Shown here one piece after another: positions 23,368-32,420 of a DNA stretch of 41,622 bases (position 1 is the first letter of the stretch; each line of letters begins with the position of its first letter). The translations under genes and the position numbers were made by a program. The notes below the pieces were generated by a model. The model saw only the letters and a program-made list of their open reading frames with translations. It was not told where the DNA came from and ran no database searches. Source of the DNA: a virus (taxonomy: Duplodnaviria; Caudoviricetes); IMG/VR virus record IMGVR_UViG_3300033565_000085, positions 1 to 41,622 of that record; one strand, given 5' to 3'.

Positions 23368-25474
23368 AGCCACCCAGCATTCCACCATCGCACCCCTGAT
23401 GTTGCTGCGCCCCAGCGCGCTGGCCGCCAACGAATACGACCTGCTCATCTACGGCCAGATCGGCGAAAGCTGGTGGGATGAAGAATCCGTCACCGCGAAA
23501 AGCGTGGTCGATCAGCTCAACGCGCTGCCGGCGTCGATTACGCAGATCAACGTGCGCATCAACTCCATCGGCGGCAGCGTGCACGACGGCCTGGCGATCT
23601 ACAACGCGCTGGTCAAGCACCCGGCCACCATCGCCGTGGCCGTGGATGGCGTGGCCATGTCGGCGGCGTCGTTCATCGCGATGGCCGGCGACACCGTGAA
23701 CACGCCGTCCACCAGCATCTGGATGATCCACGGCCCCTCCACCTTCGCCGGCGGCAATGCCACCGAACTGCGCGCCGTCGCCAGCGCGCTGGATGTCTAC
23801 GCCTCCAGTATGGCTCCGGCCTACGCCGCCAAATCCGGCAAGAGCGTCGACGACATCCTCACGCTGCTCAATGACGGCGCTGACCACTACTACACCGGCG
23901 ACCAGGCCGTGGCCGAAGGCTTCGCCGATGCCGTGGTGGACGAAGCCGCCGCCGAGCCGGAGCCCGTGCCCGCCGAAGCCCGCGCGGCGCTGCTCTCCAG
24001 CGTCACCGGCCGCGTGGCCAGCGCCCCGGAAAACATCCGCCAGATGGCCATTGCCGCCATCGGCCGGATGCCGGTGGCCGCCGCGGCACCCACCCGTCCC
24101 GTCACCGTTTCCCCCGCGGCCACCGCCGCCAAACCCGGAGCAATCACCATGCCCAACGCAAACACCACGGCCCCGCAGGCCGATCCGGCGGCCGACGTGG
24201 CCGCCATCCAGCAGCAGGCCGTCACCGCGCTGCGCGATCGCAACGCCGACATCAAGGCACGGCTGGAGCCGTACCTGCAGCGCGAAGGCGTCATGGCCAT
24301 CTACACGGCCGCGCTGGAAGACCCCAGCATGACCGCCGATGCCGTCTGCCAGAAGGTCATGGCCGTGCTCGGCTCCGTCGCCGAGCCGCTGGCCGGCGGC
24401 CCGCGCGTCGAGCTGGTCGCGGATGAGGCAGACAAGTTCCGCGCCGCCGGCGAGAACGCCATCCTGGCGCGCGCCGGTCACGTCAAGGCCGACGGCCAGA
24501 ACCCGCTGCGTGGTTTCCGCATGTTGGAAATCGCCCGCGCATCGCTGCAGCGCGCCGGCAAGGGCGGCCAGAGCATGGATTCCATGCAGGTGGTTGCTAC
24601 CGCGTTCACCGGCACCAGCGACTTCCCGGCGCTGCTGAGCAACGTGGCCCGCGCCTCGCTGCTGCGCGGTTACGACGAAGCGCCGGAAACCTTCGACCAG
24701 TGGACCCGCCCCGGCACGCTCACCGATTTCCGCGAAACCAGCAAGGCCGGCCTGGGCTTCTTCTCGGATCTGGATCAGATCCCGGAAGACGGCGAGTACA
24801 AATACGGCACCTTCGGCAGCAACGGCCAGAACATCGCCCTTGCCACGTACGGCAAGCTGTTCGCCATTACCCGCCAGGCCATCATCAACGACGACCTGGG
24901 CGCGTTCACCGCGGTGCCGCAGAAGATGGGCCGTGCCGCCAAGCGCACCATCGGCAACCTGGTCTACGCGATCCTTGCCAACAATCCGAAGCTGGCAGAC
25001 AACATCGCGCTGTTCCATGCCAACCACGGCAACCTTGCCACCGGCGCGGCCATCACCACCGCCAGTGTGGGCGCGCTGCGCAAGCTGATGATGGGGCAGA
25101 AGGTCGACGGCCAGGCCGTCAACATCCCGCTGCGCTTCCTGATTGTGGCGCCGGACGACGAAGACAACGCCATCCTGGTGCGCGACAACCAGTTCGAGGT
25201 CAAGTCGGACGGTTCCACCAGCAGCAACGCCAACACCCAGCGCAACCGGTTCGAGGTCGTCTCGGATGGTCGTCTGGCGTCCGGCGCCTGGTTCGGTGCG
25301 GCCGATCCCAACCTGTTCGACACGATCGAGGTCGCCTACCTCGACGGCGTGCAGACCCCGTTCCTCGACCAGAAGGATGGCTGGACCATCGACGGCACCG
25401 AATTCAAGGTGCGCATCGACGCCGGCGTCGCCCCGCTCGATTTCCGTGGGCTGAACAAGAACCCGGGCGCGTAA
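23360..25474 (+). CDS. ClpP-like prohead protease / major capsid fusion protein
   Basis: VRINSIGGSV, DGVAMSAASFI, WMIHGP (ClpP-like); TSDFPALL, EDGEYKYGT, TYGKLFAITRQAIINDDLGAF, IEVAYLDG (capsid). Confidence 0.92.
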   Translation: MPKATQHSTIAPLMLLRPSALAANEYDLLIYGQIGESWWDEESVTAKSVVDQLNALPASITQINVRINSIGGSVHDGLAIYNALVKHPATIAVAVDGVAMSAASFIAMAGDTVNTPSTSIWMIHGPSTFAGGNATELRAVASALDVYASSMAPAYAAKSGKSVDDILTLLNDGADHYYTGDQAVAEGFADAVVDEAAAEPEPVPAEARAALLSSVTGRVASAPENIRQMAIAAIGRMPVAAAAPTRPVTVSPAATAAKPGAITMPNANTTAPQADPAADVAAIQQQAVTALRDRNADIKARLEPYLQREGVMAIYTAALEDPSMTADAVCQKVMAVLGSVAEPLAGGPRVELVADEADKFRAAGENAILARAGHVKADGQNPLRGFRMLEIARASLQRAGKGGQSMDSMQVVATAFTGTSDFPALLSNVARASLLRGYDEAPETFDQWTRPGTLTDFRETSKAGLGFFSDLDQIPEDGEYKYGTFGSNGQNIALATYGKLFAITRQAIINDDLGAFTAVPQKMGRAAKRTIGNLVYAILANNPKLADNIALFHANHGNLATGAAITTASVGALRKLMMGQKVDGQAVNIPLRFLIVAPDDEDNAILVRDNQFEVKSDGSTSSNANTQRNRFEVVSDGRLASGAWFGAADPNLFDTIEVAYLDGVQTPFLDQKDGWTIDGTEFKVRIDAGVAPLDFRGLNKNPGA

Positions 25475-25482
25475 GCCATCGC

Positions 25483-25508
25483 GCGTGCCCCGGTTCGCTG
25501 GGGCACGC
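25483..25508 (+). terminator. hairpin after capsid gene
   Basis: GCGTGCCCCGG-ttcg-CTGGGGCACGC; no U tract, so it may be a stability element. Confidence 0.4.
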
Positions 25509-25573
25509 CACCCGACTCCAGCCGGTCACCCGGCGCGCAGCATCCAAGACCTTCAACTTCCGTGGAGAGCACC

Positions 25574-25930
25574 ATGACCACCAAATACGTACAGCGCGGC
25601 GAGTGCATCGACTACACGCCCGGCGCCGACGTGGCCGTCAACGCCGTCGTCCAGCTCGGCATCCTGCTGGGTGTCGCCACCACCAACATCGCCGCCAACA
25701 CCGTCGGCGCGCTCGGCATCACCGGTGTGTGGAGCCTGCCCAAGAAGGCAGGCGCCGCGATCACTGTCGGCGCCAAGCTCACTTGGAGCGTGGCCGACGG
25801 CGCGTTCATCGTGGGCGCGGGCGTGGCCGGCGACACGCTGGGCGGTGCCGTCGCCGCCACCGCCGCCGCCTCGGCGGATACCACCGTGCAGGTGCTGTTC
25901 TGCCCGGGCACCGGTTCGGTGGTCGCCTAA
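25574..25930 (+). CDS. DUF2190 capsid cement/decoration protein
   Basis: KYVQRGECIDYT...GVATTNIAA...GVWSLPK; follows capsid gene. Confidence 0.8.
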   Translation: MTTKYVQRGECIDYTPGADVAVNAVVQLGILLGVATTNIAANTVGALGITGVWSLPKKAGAAITVGAKLTWSVADGAFIVGAGVAGDTLGGAVAATAAASADTTVQVLFCPGTGSVVA

Positions 25931-25933
25931 GCC

Positions 25934-26260
25934 ATGTCCGCGTTCGCCGACTTCACCGCCGCGCATCGTGAGCTGATCGCCACCCTCGGCGATCCGGCCA
26001 CCTACGCGCCGGTGGTCGGCGCGCCCGGCGTGGTGCAGGCCCTGCTCGATCGCAACAGCCTGGAACTGGGCGAATACGGCCAGACGGTCGCCGTTCGCCC
26101 AGCCGTATCCGTGTTGCTGGCCGACGTACCGCGCCCCGAGCGCGGCGACCTGATCACGTTCACCGATCCGGTCACCGGCGTCATCACCAGCACCTGGCGC
26201 GTCGTGCGGCCCGCCACCGTGGATGACATCGTGGCCCAGCTGTGGGTGGAATCGGCATGA
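25934..26260 (+). CDS. head-tail joining protein
   Basis: size, position, PERGDLITF motif. Confidence 0.65.
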   Translation: MSAFADFTAAHRELIATLGDPATYAPVVGAPGVVQALLDRNSLELGEYGQTVAVRPAVSVLLADVPRPERGDLITFTDPVTGVITSTWRVVRPATVDDIVAQLWVESA

Positions 26261-26703
26261 TCGGCATCGCCACCCACATCGCCCGCGTGCAAGGCTGGGT
26301 GCAGGCCATCCGCACCGCCAGCGGCTACCACACCGACCTCGGCGCGAAGGTGGACACCGAACGGGTTGGCGACAACGGCGACGACGCCCGCACGCTGTGC
26401 GGCGTGTTCCTCGCCGACCTGACCCCGCTCAAGACCACGCCGCAGCGCCGCGACTGGCAACTGGATATCGCCGCCGAGGCACGCATACCCGCGCGCTTCG
26501 ACACCGCCGAAGCGCAAGCCGGCAACGCGTTGGAAGACCTGGTCGCCTGCATCCCCACGCGCACCACCGACCCCGACAACAACCTCGCCACCCTCGAGCT
26601 GGCCGGCACGGCATTCGACCGCCAGCCCGATGGCGTCCCCTACATCGTAGTCAGTGTGACCCTGCGGGCCACCGTCTACGAATTCATTCCCCAGCCCGCG
26701 TAA
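26257..26703 (+). CDS. tail terminator-like protein
   Basis: IRTASGYHTDLG motif; position before major tail gene. Confidence 0.6.
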   Translation: MIGIATHIARVQGWVQAIRTASGYHTDLGAKVDTERVGDNGDDARTLCGVFLADLTPLKTTPQRRDWQLDIAAEARIPARFDTAEAQAGNALEDLVACIPTRTTDPDNNLATLELAGTAFDRQPDGVPYIVVSVTLRATVYEFIPQPA

Positions 26704-26718
26704 TCGGAGGTAACACCC

Positions 26719-27468
26719 ATGTCTGGTCTCTTGTGCTCGGGCAATGTGCGCATCGCCCTGCTCGCCGACGACGGCACCAACGTCGGCTATCTGCCGGTGA
26801 AGAACACCGTCGAACTCAGCCTCAACCCCGGCGCCGTCAACACCATCGAGCGCGCCTCCAAGATGATCGAGTCGTTCGGTCAGAACCTGGACACCGTCAA
26901 TATCCCGGGCAGCCCCACGGTGAGCATTTCCGTGGACGACGTCGACGCCGATACCGTGGGCATGGCCTTCCGCGGCGACGTGATCGACCTGAGCCTGCCG
27001 GCGCTCACGGATGAGGATGTCACCATCGCCGTCAAGCCGGGCGGCACCTATGCCCTGGCCGCCATGGGTTACGCGCCCACCGTGAGCGCGCTCAAGAGCA
27101 CGGATCAAACGCCGGTCACCTACGTCGCCAACACCGACTACACCGTCGACAGCGCCAGCGGCATGATCACCATCGTGGACGGCGGTGCGATCGTCGCCGC
27201 GCAGGACGTGGTGGCCACCATCAGCGCCCCGGCTGTTACCGGTCGCCGCGTCAACGCGGCCAGCAAGAGCCAGCTCAAGATCAGCATCAGCGGGCGCATG
27301 AAAAACCTCGCCACCGGCAAGTTCGTCAACGTCAACGTGCCCGAAGCCACCGTCTCGCCCAGCGAAGCGGTGGACTTCCTGTCCGGCGCGTGGGCCGTCA
27401 ACAAGCTGGAAGGCCCGATCAAGACGATCGGCACCGCCGCGCCGTACACGGTCGACTTCCTCGATTGA
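26719..27468 (+). CDS. major tail tube protein
   Basis: GGAGG RBS, 249 aa beta-rich, followed by terminator. Confidence 0.7.
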   Translation: MSGLLCSGNVRIALLADDGTNVGYLPVKNTVELSLNPGAVNTIERASKMIESFGQNLDTVNIPGSPTVSISVDDVDADTVGMAFRGDVIDLSLPALTDEDVTIAVKPGGTYALAAMGYAPTVSALKSTDQTPVTYVANTDYTVDSASGMITIVDGGAIVAAQDVVATISAPAVTGRRVNAASKSQLKISISGRMKNLATGKFVNVNVPEATVSPSEAVDFLSGAWAVNKLEGPIKTIGTAAPYTVDFLD

Positions 27469-27487
27469 TCGGCGGTGGAATGGCAGG

Positions 27488-27520
27488 GGCCGGCGTTCCA
27501 TGCGCCGGCCTTTGCTTTTC
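27488..27520 (+). terminator. intrinsic terminator
   Basis: GGCCGGCG-ttccatg-CGCCGGCC then TTTGCTTTT. Confidence 0.75.
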
Positions 27521-27565
27521 TGTGCCATCCCTCCGGTAAAGCTGGCACATCGCCCCGGCGATGCT
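27521..27565 (+). promoter_or_regulatory. late promoter 2 (tail genes)
   Basis: TGTGCCA-tccctccggtaaagc-TGGCACA, 10 nt, GATGCT, 7 nt, ATG. Confidence 0.78.
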
Positions 27566-27572
27566 GGCGGGC

Positions 27573-28232
27573 ATGGCCTCCCGTCGCAATTCCGCCGTCA
27601 AGATCTACGTCAACGGCAGCACTGCCAACAATCTCTATGGCCTGGCGAAACGCGTGGGGCAGCAGGTCTCGCGCATGTCGACCGCCTCGGCGCGTGCCCA
27701 GGCATCGCTGGCGAGGCGTGTGCAGCCAGAGACCAAGCGGGAGATCCGCAAGGTCTACGGCGTCAAGGCCGGCGAACTCAACAAACGCATGCGCCTGGAA
27801 ACCGGCCGGCGCGGCGGTGACGACTACCTGAGCATCTGGGCCAGCACCCGCAAGATTTCGCTCATCGCATTTGGTGGCCGGTGGGGCGGCGTCAAGACGG
27901 CCGGTGCCGTCGCATCCATCCTGCTCGGCAGCCGCAAGACCTATGAATCGGCGTTCATCGCCACCGTGGGTTGGCGTGGCAGCAGCGGCGCCGGCATCAA
28001 GGCAGATACGGCCAGCCGGAACATCTACGTGCGCAGTCGTGGCCCCGACGGTCGCCGCGTGGGCCGTGGCCCGTTGAAGCGCCTGAAAGGCCCCAGCGTG
28101 TTCGAGATGATCACCACCGCGGCCAAGGCCCACAGCGCGGACACGGTGGCCAGCCGCGTGCTGCCGGCGCTGCAGGACTACTACGTGAGCGAACTCACGC
28201 GCCAGATCGCGCTGGAGCTTCGCCGTGGCTGA
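27573..28232 (+). CDS. minor tail / tail completion protein (gpZ-like)
   Basis: basic protein; REIRKVYGVK, SAFIAT, PLKRLKGPSV motifs. Confidence 0.65.
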   Translation: MASRRNSAVKIYVNGSTANNLYGLAKRVGQQVSRMSTASARAQASLARRVQPETKREIRKVYGVKAGELNKRMRLETGRRGGDDYLSIWASTRKISLIAFGGRWGGVKTAGAVASILLGSRKTYESAFIATVGWRGSSGAGIKADTASRNIYVRSRGPDGRRVGRGPLKRLKGPSVFEMITTAAKAHSADTVASRVLPALQDYYVSELTRQIALELRRG

Positions 28233-31200
28233 CCGGACCTTCGAGGAAGCCATCCGCCTTGCCTTCGAGACCTCCGGCACGGATGGCATCAAGCAAGCCG
28301 CCGGCATCATCGCCGGCATGGGCGATGTCTCCGAAGAGGCGCGCCAGAAAGCCGCGGGGTTGCTGGACGACATCGGCAACGTCGAGAAAGCTGGTGCCGC
28401 GGTACGGCAGTACGAGCAGATCAGCAAGAGCGTGCTGGATTACCAGCGCCAGATCAGCACAGCGCGCGCCAAGGTGCTGGAGCTGGCCGCCGCAGTCAAG
28501 GAATCCGATGCGCCGAGCAAGGCGCAGCAACGCGAACTGGCCAAGGCCCGCAGCACGCTGAGCGAACTGGTGGGCGAGCAACAGCGCGAGCTGGGCACTC
28601 TGCGCACGCTCAAGACCAGCCTGGACGCACAAGGCATCAGCACGCGCAACGCCGCCGCCTCGCAGAAAGACCTGGCCGCGCGCACCGCCACCGCCAGCGC
28701 CAACCTGCGCGCGATGGTGGGCGACCTGCAGCGCACACGCGCCGCGGATGCTGCCCTGCAGGCAGCTCTCGCACAGGCGGCGCAGAAATCCAAGAGCGAA
28801 ACCGAACAGTACGATGCGGCACTGAAAAAGGTTCGCGCGCAACTGGACGCGAACAAGGAAGCAGCCACCCAAGGCGCCGCCGAAACCACCAGCGGCCTCA
28901 CCGCGACCGCCGGCGCCATCAACAAGATCAAGGCAGCCCTGGCCGGGCTGGGCGTGTTCTTTTCCGCCCGGGGTATTTTCAGCGGCATCCGGTCGATCCT
29001 CGGCACCGGCGACGAGTTCCAGAAGTTCGAAAAGCAGCTCACCAGCATCTACGGCAATGCGTCGAAAGGCCGCGATGCGTTCGCCTGGGTAAAGCAGTTC
29101 GCGAAAGACACGCCGCTGCAACTCGACCAGGTGATGCAGTCGTTCATCCAGCTCAAGAACTTCGGCATCGACCCGATGAGCGGCGCGCTGCAGGCAGCGG
29201 TGGATCAGAACGCCAAGCTGGGCGGCGAATCCGAACGGCTGCAGCGCATCACGCTGGCGATGGGCCAGGCATTCGCGAAGGGCAAGCTGCAGGGCGACGA
29301 CATCAAGCAGATGATCGAGTCCGGCGTGCCGGTGTGGCAGCTGCTCACGGAAGTCACAGGCAAGTCCACGGCCGAACTGCAGAAGATGTCCGAAGCCGGC
29401 AAGATCGGCAAGGATGTGATGGAGAAGTTCTTTGCCCAGATGGGCAAGGATTCCGCCGGCGCCGCCGCCGATCAGATGAAACTGCTGAGCGGCCAGTGGT
29501 CGAATCTCGGCGACAACGTGCAGCAGTTCGAGGATCGCATCGCCCGCAAGGGCGTGCTGGATTTCTTCCGCGACCAGCTGGCCTCACTGAATGACCTGAT
29601 CGGCCAGATGGCGTCGGACGGGCGGCTCGATCGTTACGCGCAGAAGATTTCCGACGGCATCGTCGCGACGGCGCGCGCGGTCAAAACCGCCACCACCTTT
29701 CTTGTAGAGCACGCCGCGGCCATTGCCAACGTCGTCAAGGTCTACGCCACGTTCAAGGTGGCGCGGCTCGCGGGCGAGCTGGCCATTGCGGCGGCGAGGT
29801 TTGTCGACACCACGCAGGCGGCGAACGCCGCCGCCGGTGCGCTTGCCGGCGCTGGCAGGCAGGCCGGCTTCGTGGGCCGCATGCTCGGCCGCATCCCCGG
29901 CGGCATCAAGGTGGCGATCGCCGTCGTCGGTTTCGATCTGCTGGTCAAGGCCGGCAACTACATCGGCGAGCTGGCCGGCAAGCACAGCGAGGCGGCCAAG
30001 AACCTCGAAGACGTGCAGCGACGCGTCAACGCGCAGATCCGCGCGCAGGCCGAAGCGTACATGGAGGTGGAGCGCCAGTATTCGCGCTATTACGACACGC
30101 AGGTGCTGGGGGTGGAGGAATCCGCCAAGCTCACCGACGCGGAGCGCGCAGCCTACGCGGAGCGGTTGAAGGGCCTGCAGGCGTACCTCTCCGCCAAGGC
30201 ATCCGAACAGCGGCGCTTGCAGCAGCTGGGCGAACTGAGCCAGAGCGAGCTGGAGAAAACACTGGCCGCCGAACGTGCGGCGAAGCAGGGCATGGACGAC
30301 CTGCAAAGGGGCGCCGACCTGGCCGCCGCCGCACTCAAGAGCAAGCTGAGCGCGGGCGCGCAGGCGGTGCGCGAGAGCCTGCAGGGTATCGGCGACGATG
30401 CCACCACCGCCGCGACGCGTATTGGCACGCTGTTTCAGTCGTTCCAAAGCGACTCCATCACCAGGATCGGCGATATCGCCTTGGCGCTGGCCAAGGTGGC
30501 CTCGGAGTCGCAGGCCGCGGATGAGGCGGTCCGCCAGGGCTTGTCCGATACGCTCAACCAGCTCAGCAGTACCGACCTGCTCAAGTTCCAGTCCGCTTCC
30601 ACGGCGGCGTTCAGCGCATTCCACGTGGGCGCCGCAGCATCGGCCAGCGTGGTGGAGACCGTGCTGCAGTCCGCGCTGGAGCGGCTTGGCGTGGCCGCCG
30701 ACCAGTGGGGCTTGGCCAGCACGGAAGCGGCCCGCCAGAACGTCGCAGCGTTCGAGACCGTGGCGGAGAATGCCGCCGCCACCGCTGGCACGATCGAGGC
30801 GGCTTTCCGTAAGGCATTGGCGAACGCCACCACGGTGGAGGCAGTCAAAGACCTCGGCACCGCGATGCAGGTGGCGGGTCAGCAGGGCAAGGTCGGTTTC
30901 GACGCCACCGAACGCTCAGCTGCAGCGGTACAGGACCGTATCCGCGCTCTGCAAACTGCGCTGGACCCGCTCAACGCGTCGTTCTCACAGCTCGGCATCA
31001 CCTCCAAGCGCTCGCTCGACGATGCGGCTGCCGCGGCGCGCACGTCATTCGATGCAATTGTGCGCGCCTATCGCGGCGGCCATGCTGCGATCGAGGATGT
31101 GCGCGCGGCCTTCGGCTCCTACGCGAAGACGCAGCTGGATGCGGTAGCAAACTCCGAAAGCTGGAAGCAGGCGTCGGTGCGCAACGCGCTGCTGGTGCAG

Positions 31201-32016
31201 GGCGCCACGCTCAACGTGTCGGAAGAGATGGCCAAGCTGGGGCTATCCGGCCAGGACGCCACCGACAAGATCGGGGAGGGCGCGGGCAAGGCGGCGGATG
31301 CGTTGCAGGGCACCGCCGCGGCCGCCACCGCCGCAGCCGATGCCACCGACAAGGCGGGCGACAGCGCGGACCGCTACGCCGATTCCGCGACCCGGGCCGC
31401 CGATGCCAGCGGTGATGCGTGGGTGGCTTCCGGTCGGCGCTCCAGCGTGGCTCTGAACGGGCTCAGCGATGCGCTGCTGCGCGCCTACGTGGCCACCAAT
31501 CGCTTCGCTGGCACGCGGCAATGGCTGGAAAAATTCAACGACATCACCGCCGAATGGCAACGCCAGAACGACGCGCTCAGCGAACAGCTGGAGTCGCTGA
31601 ACAAGCAAAACGCCGCCTACGACGAAATGGCCCAACGCGTCGAGACGTTGCGGCAGCAATACGGCTATCTCAACGACGACCAGCTCCGCGCGCTGGCGCA
31701 GGCGCAGCAGACGCTGGAGGAAAACCAGAAGCGCGCCGAGGATGCGGTCCGGCAAAGGCAGCAGGAAGCGTCGCGCCAGGTGGCGGATGAGCAGGCCAAG
31801 CTCACCGAAAAGTGGGAGAAAGAGGCCGCCGCGAAGAAGGCGGCCGTCCCCGCGGCCGCCGAACAGCCGCCCCAGCGCATCGCCATCGACCTCAGCGTGT
31901 CCGCCAGCCAGCAGCCGGGCGCCGTGCCCGCGCAACTCAGCCCCACCGACGTGCAGCGGATCGCGAACGAAGTGGTCCGCCAGATCGGCATCGCGCGCAC
32001 CACGAGTAACCGATGA
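28225..32016 (+). CDS. tail tape measure protein
   Basis: 1263 aa, Ala-rich helical; FAKDTPLQL...LKNFGIDP...AMGQAFAKGKLQGDD tape-measure domain. Confidence 0.93.
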   Translation: MADRTFEEAIRLAFETSGTDGIKQAAGIIAGMGDVSEEARQKAAGLLDDIGNVEKAGAAVRQYEQISKSVLDYQRQISTARAKVLELAAAVKESDAPSKAQQRELAKARSTLSELVGEQQRELGTLRTLKTSLDAQGISTRNAAASQKDLAARTATASANLRAMVGDLQRTRAADAALQAALAQAAQKSKSETEQYDAALKKVRAQLDANKEAATQGAAETTSGLTATAGAINKIKAALAGLGVFFSARGIFSGIRSILGTGDEFQKFEKQLTSIYGNASKGRDAFAWVKQFAKDTPLQLDQVMQSFIQLKNFGIDPMSGALQAAVDQNAKLGGESERLQRITLAMGQAFAKGKLQGDDIKQMIESGVPVWQLLTEVTGKSTAELQKMSEAGKIGKDVMEKFFAQMGKDSAGAAADQMKLLSGQWSNLGDNVQQFEDRIARKGVLDFFRDQLASLNDLIGQMASDGRLDRYAQKISDGIVATARAVKTATTFLVEHAAAIANVVKVYATFKVARLAGELAIAAARFVDTTQAANAAAGALAGAGRQAGFVGRMLGRIPGGIKVAIAVVGFDLLVKAGNYIGELAGKHSEAAKNLEDVQRRVNAQIRAQAEAYMEVERQYSRYYDTQVLGVEESAKLTDAERAAYAERLKGLQAYLSAKASEQRRLQQLGELSQSELEKTLAAERAAKQGMDDLQRGADLAAAALKSKLSAGAQAVRESLQGIGDDATTAATRIGTLFQSFQSDSITRIGDIALALAKVASESQAADEAVRQGLSDTLNQLSSTDLLKFQSASTAAFSAFHVGAAASASVVETVLQSALERLGVAADQWGLASTEAARQNVAAFETVAENAAATAGTIEAAFRKALANATTVEAVKDLGTAMQVAGQQGKVGFDATERSAAAVQDRIRALQTALDPLNASFSQLGITSKRSLDDAAAAARTSFDAIVRAYRGGHAAIEDVRAAFGSYAKTQLDAVANSESWKQASVRNALLVQGATLNVSEEMAKLGLSGQDATDKIGEGAGKAADALQGTAAAATAAADATDKAGDSADRYADSATRAADASGDAWVASGRRSSVALNGLSDALLRAYVATNRFAGTRQWLEKFNDITAEWQRQNDALSEQLESLNKQNAAYDEMAQRVETLRQQYGYLNDDQLRALAQAQQTLEENQKRAEDAVRQRQQEASRQVADEQAKLTEKWEKEAAAKKAAVPAAAEQPPQRIAIDLSVSASQQPGAVPAQLSPTDVQRIANEVVRQIGIARTTSNR

Positions 32017-32417
32017 CCATGCCCCAGATCACGCTCGGCACCGTCACCCTGCCACCGGACCTGCAATGGTCGGATGAGTTCGCCTGGGTGGGCTTGGGCC
32101 TCACCGCCAAGGTCTCGCTGACCGGCGCGGAGATTGTCCAGGCCGGCGTGTTGCAGGCGGGTCGCCCGATCACGCTGCAGGGCGGAGCCGACTTCTCCTG
32201 GCTCGACTACGCGACCGTCGAGGCGTTGCGCACGCTGGCCAGCGCGGCCGCCGCCACCTACACGCTCACGCTGCCGGACGGGCGCACGTACAACGTGCGC
32301 TTCCGCGCTGAGGATACGCCGGTGGAATGCGTGGCGGTGGCGCACCGCGTGTCACCCGATACCGGCAAACGCGACGCGCTGCAATACATCCCCATCATCC
32401 GATTGAAAACGGTGTAA
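32013..32417 (+). CDS. distal tail protein
   Basis: LPPDLQWSDEFAW...AGRPITL; follows tape measure. Confidence 0.65.
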   Translation: MTMPQITLGTVTLPPDLQWSDEFAWVGLGLTAKVSLTGAEIVQAGVLQAGRPITLQGGADFSWLDYATVEALRTLASAAAATYTLTLPDGRTYNVRFRAEDTPVECVAVAHRVSPDTGKRDALQYIPIIRLKTV

Positions 32418-32420
32418 CCC

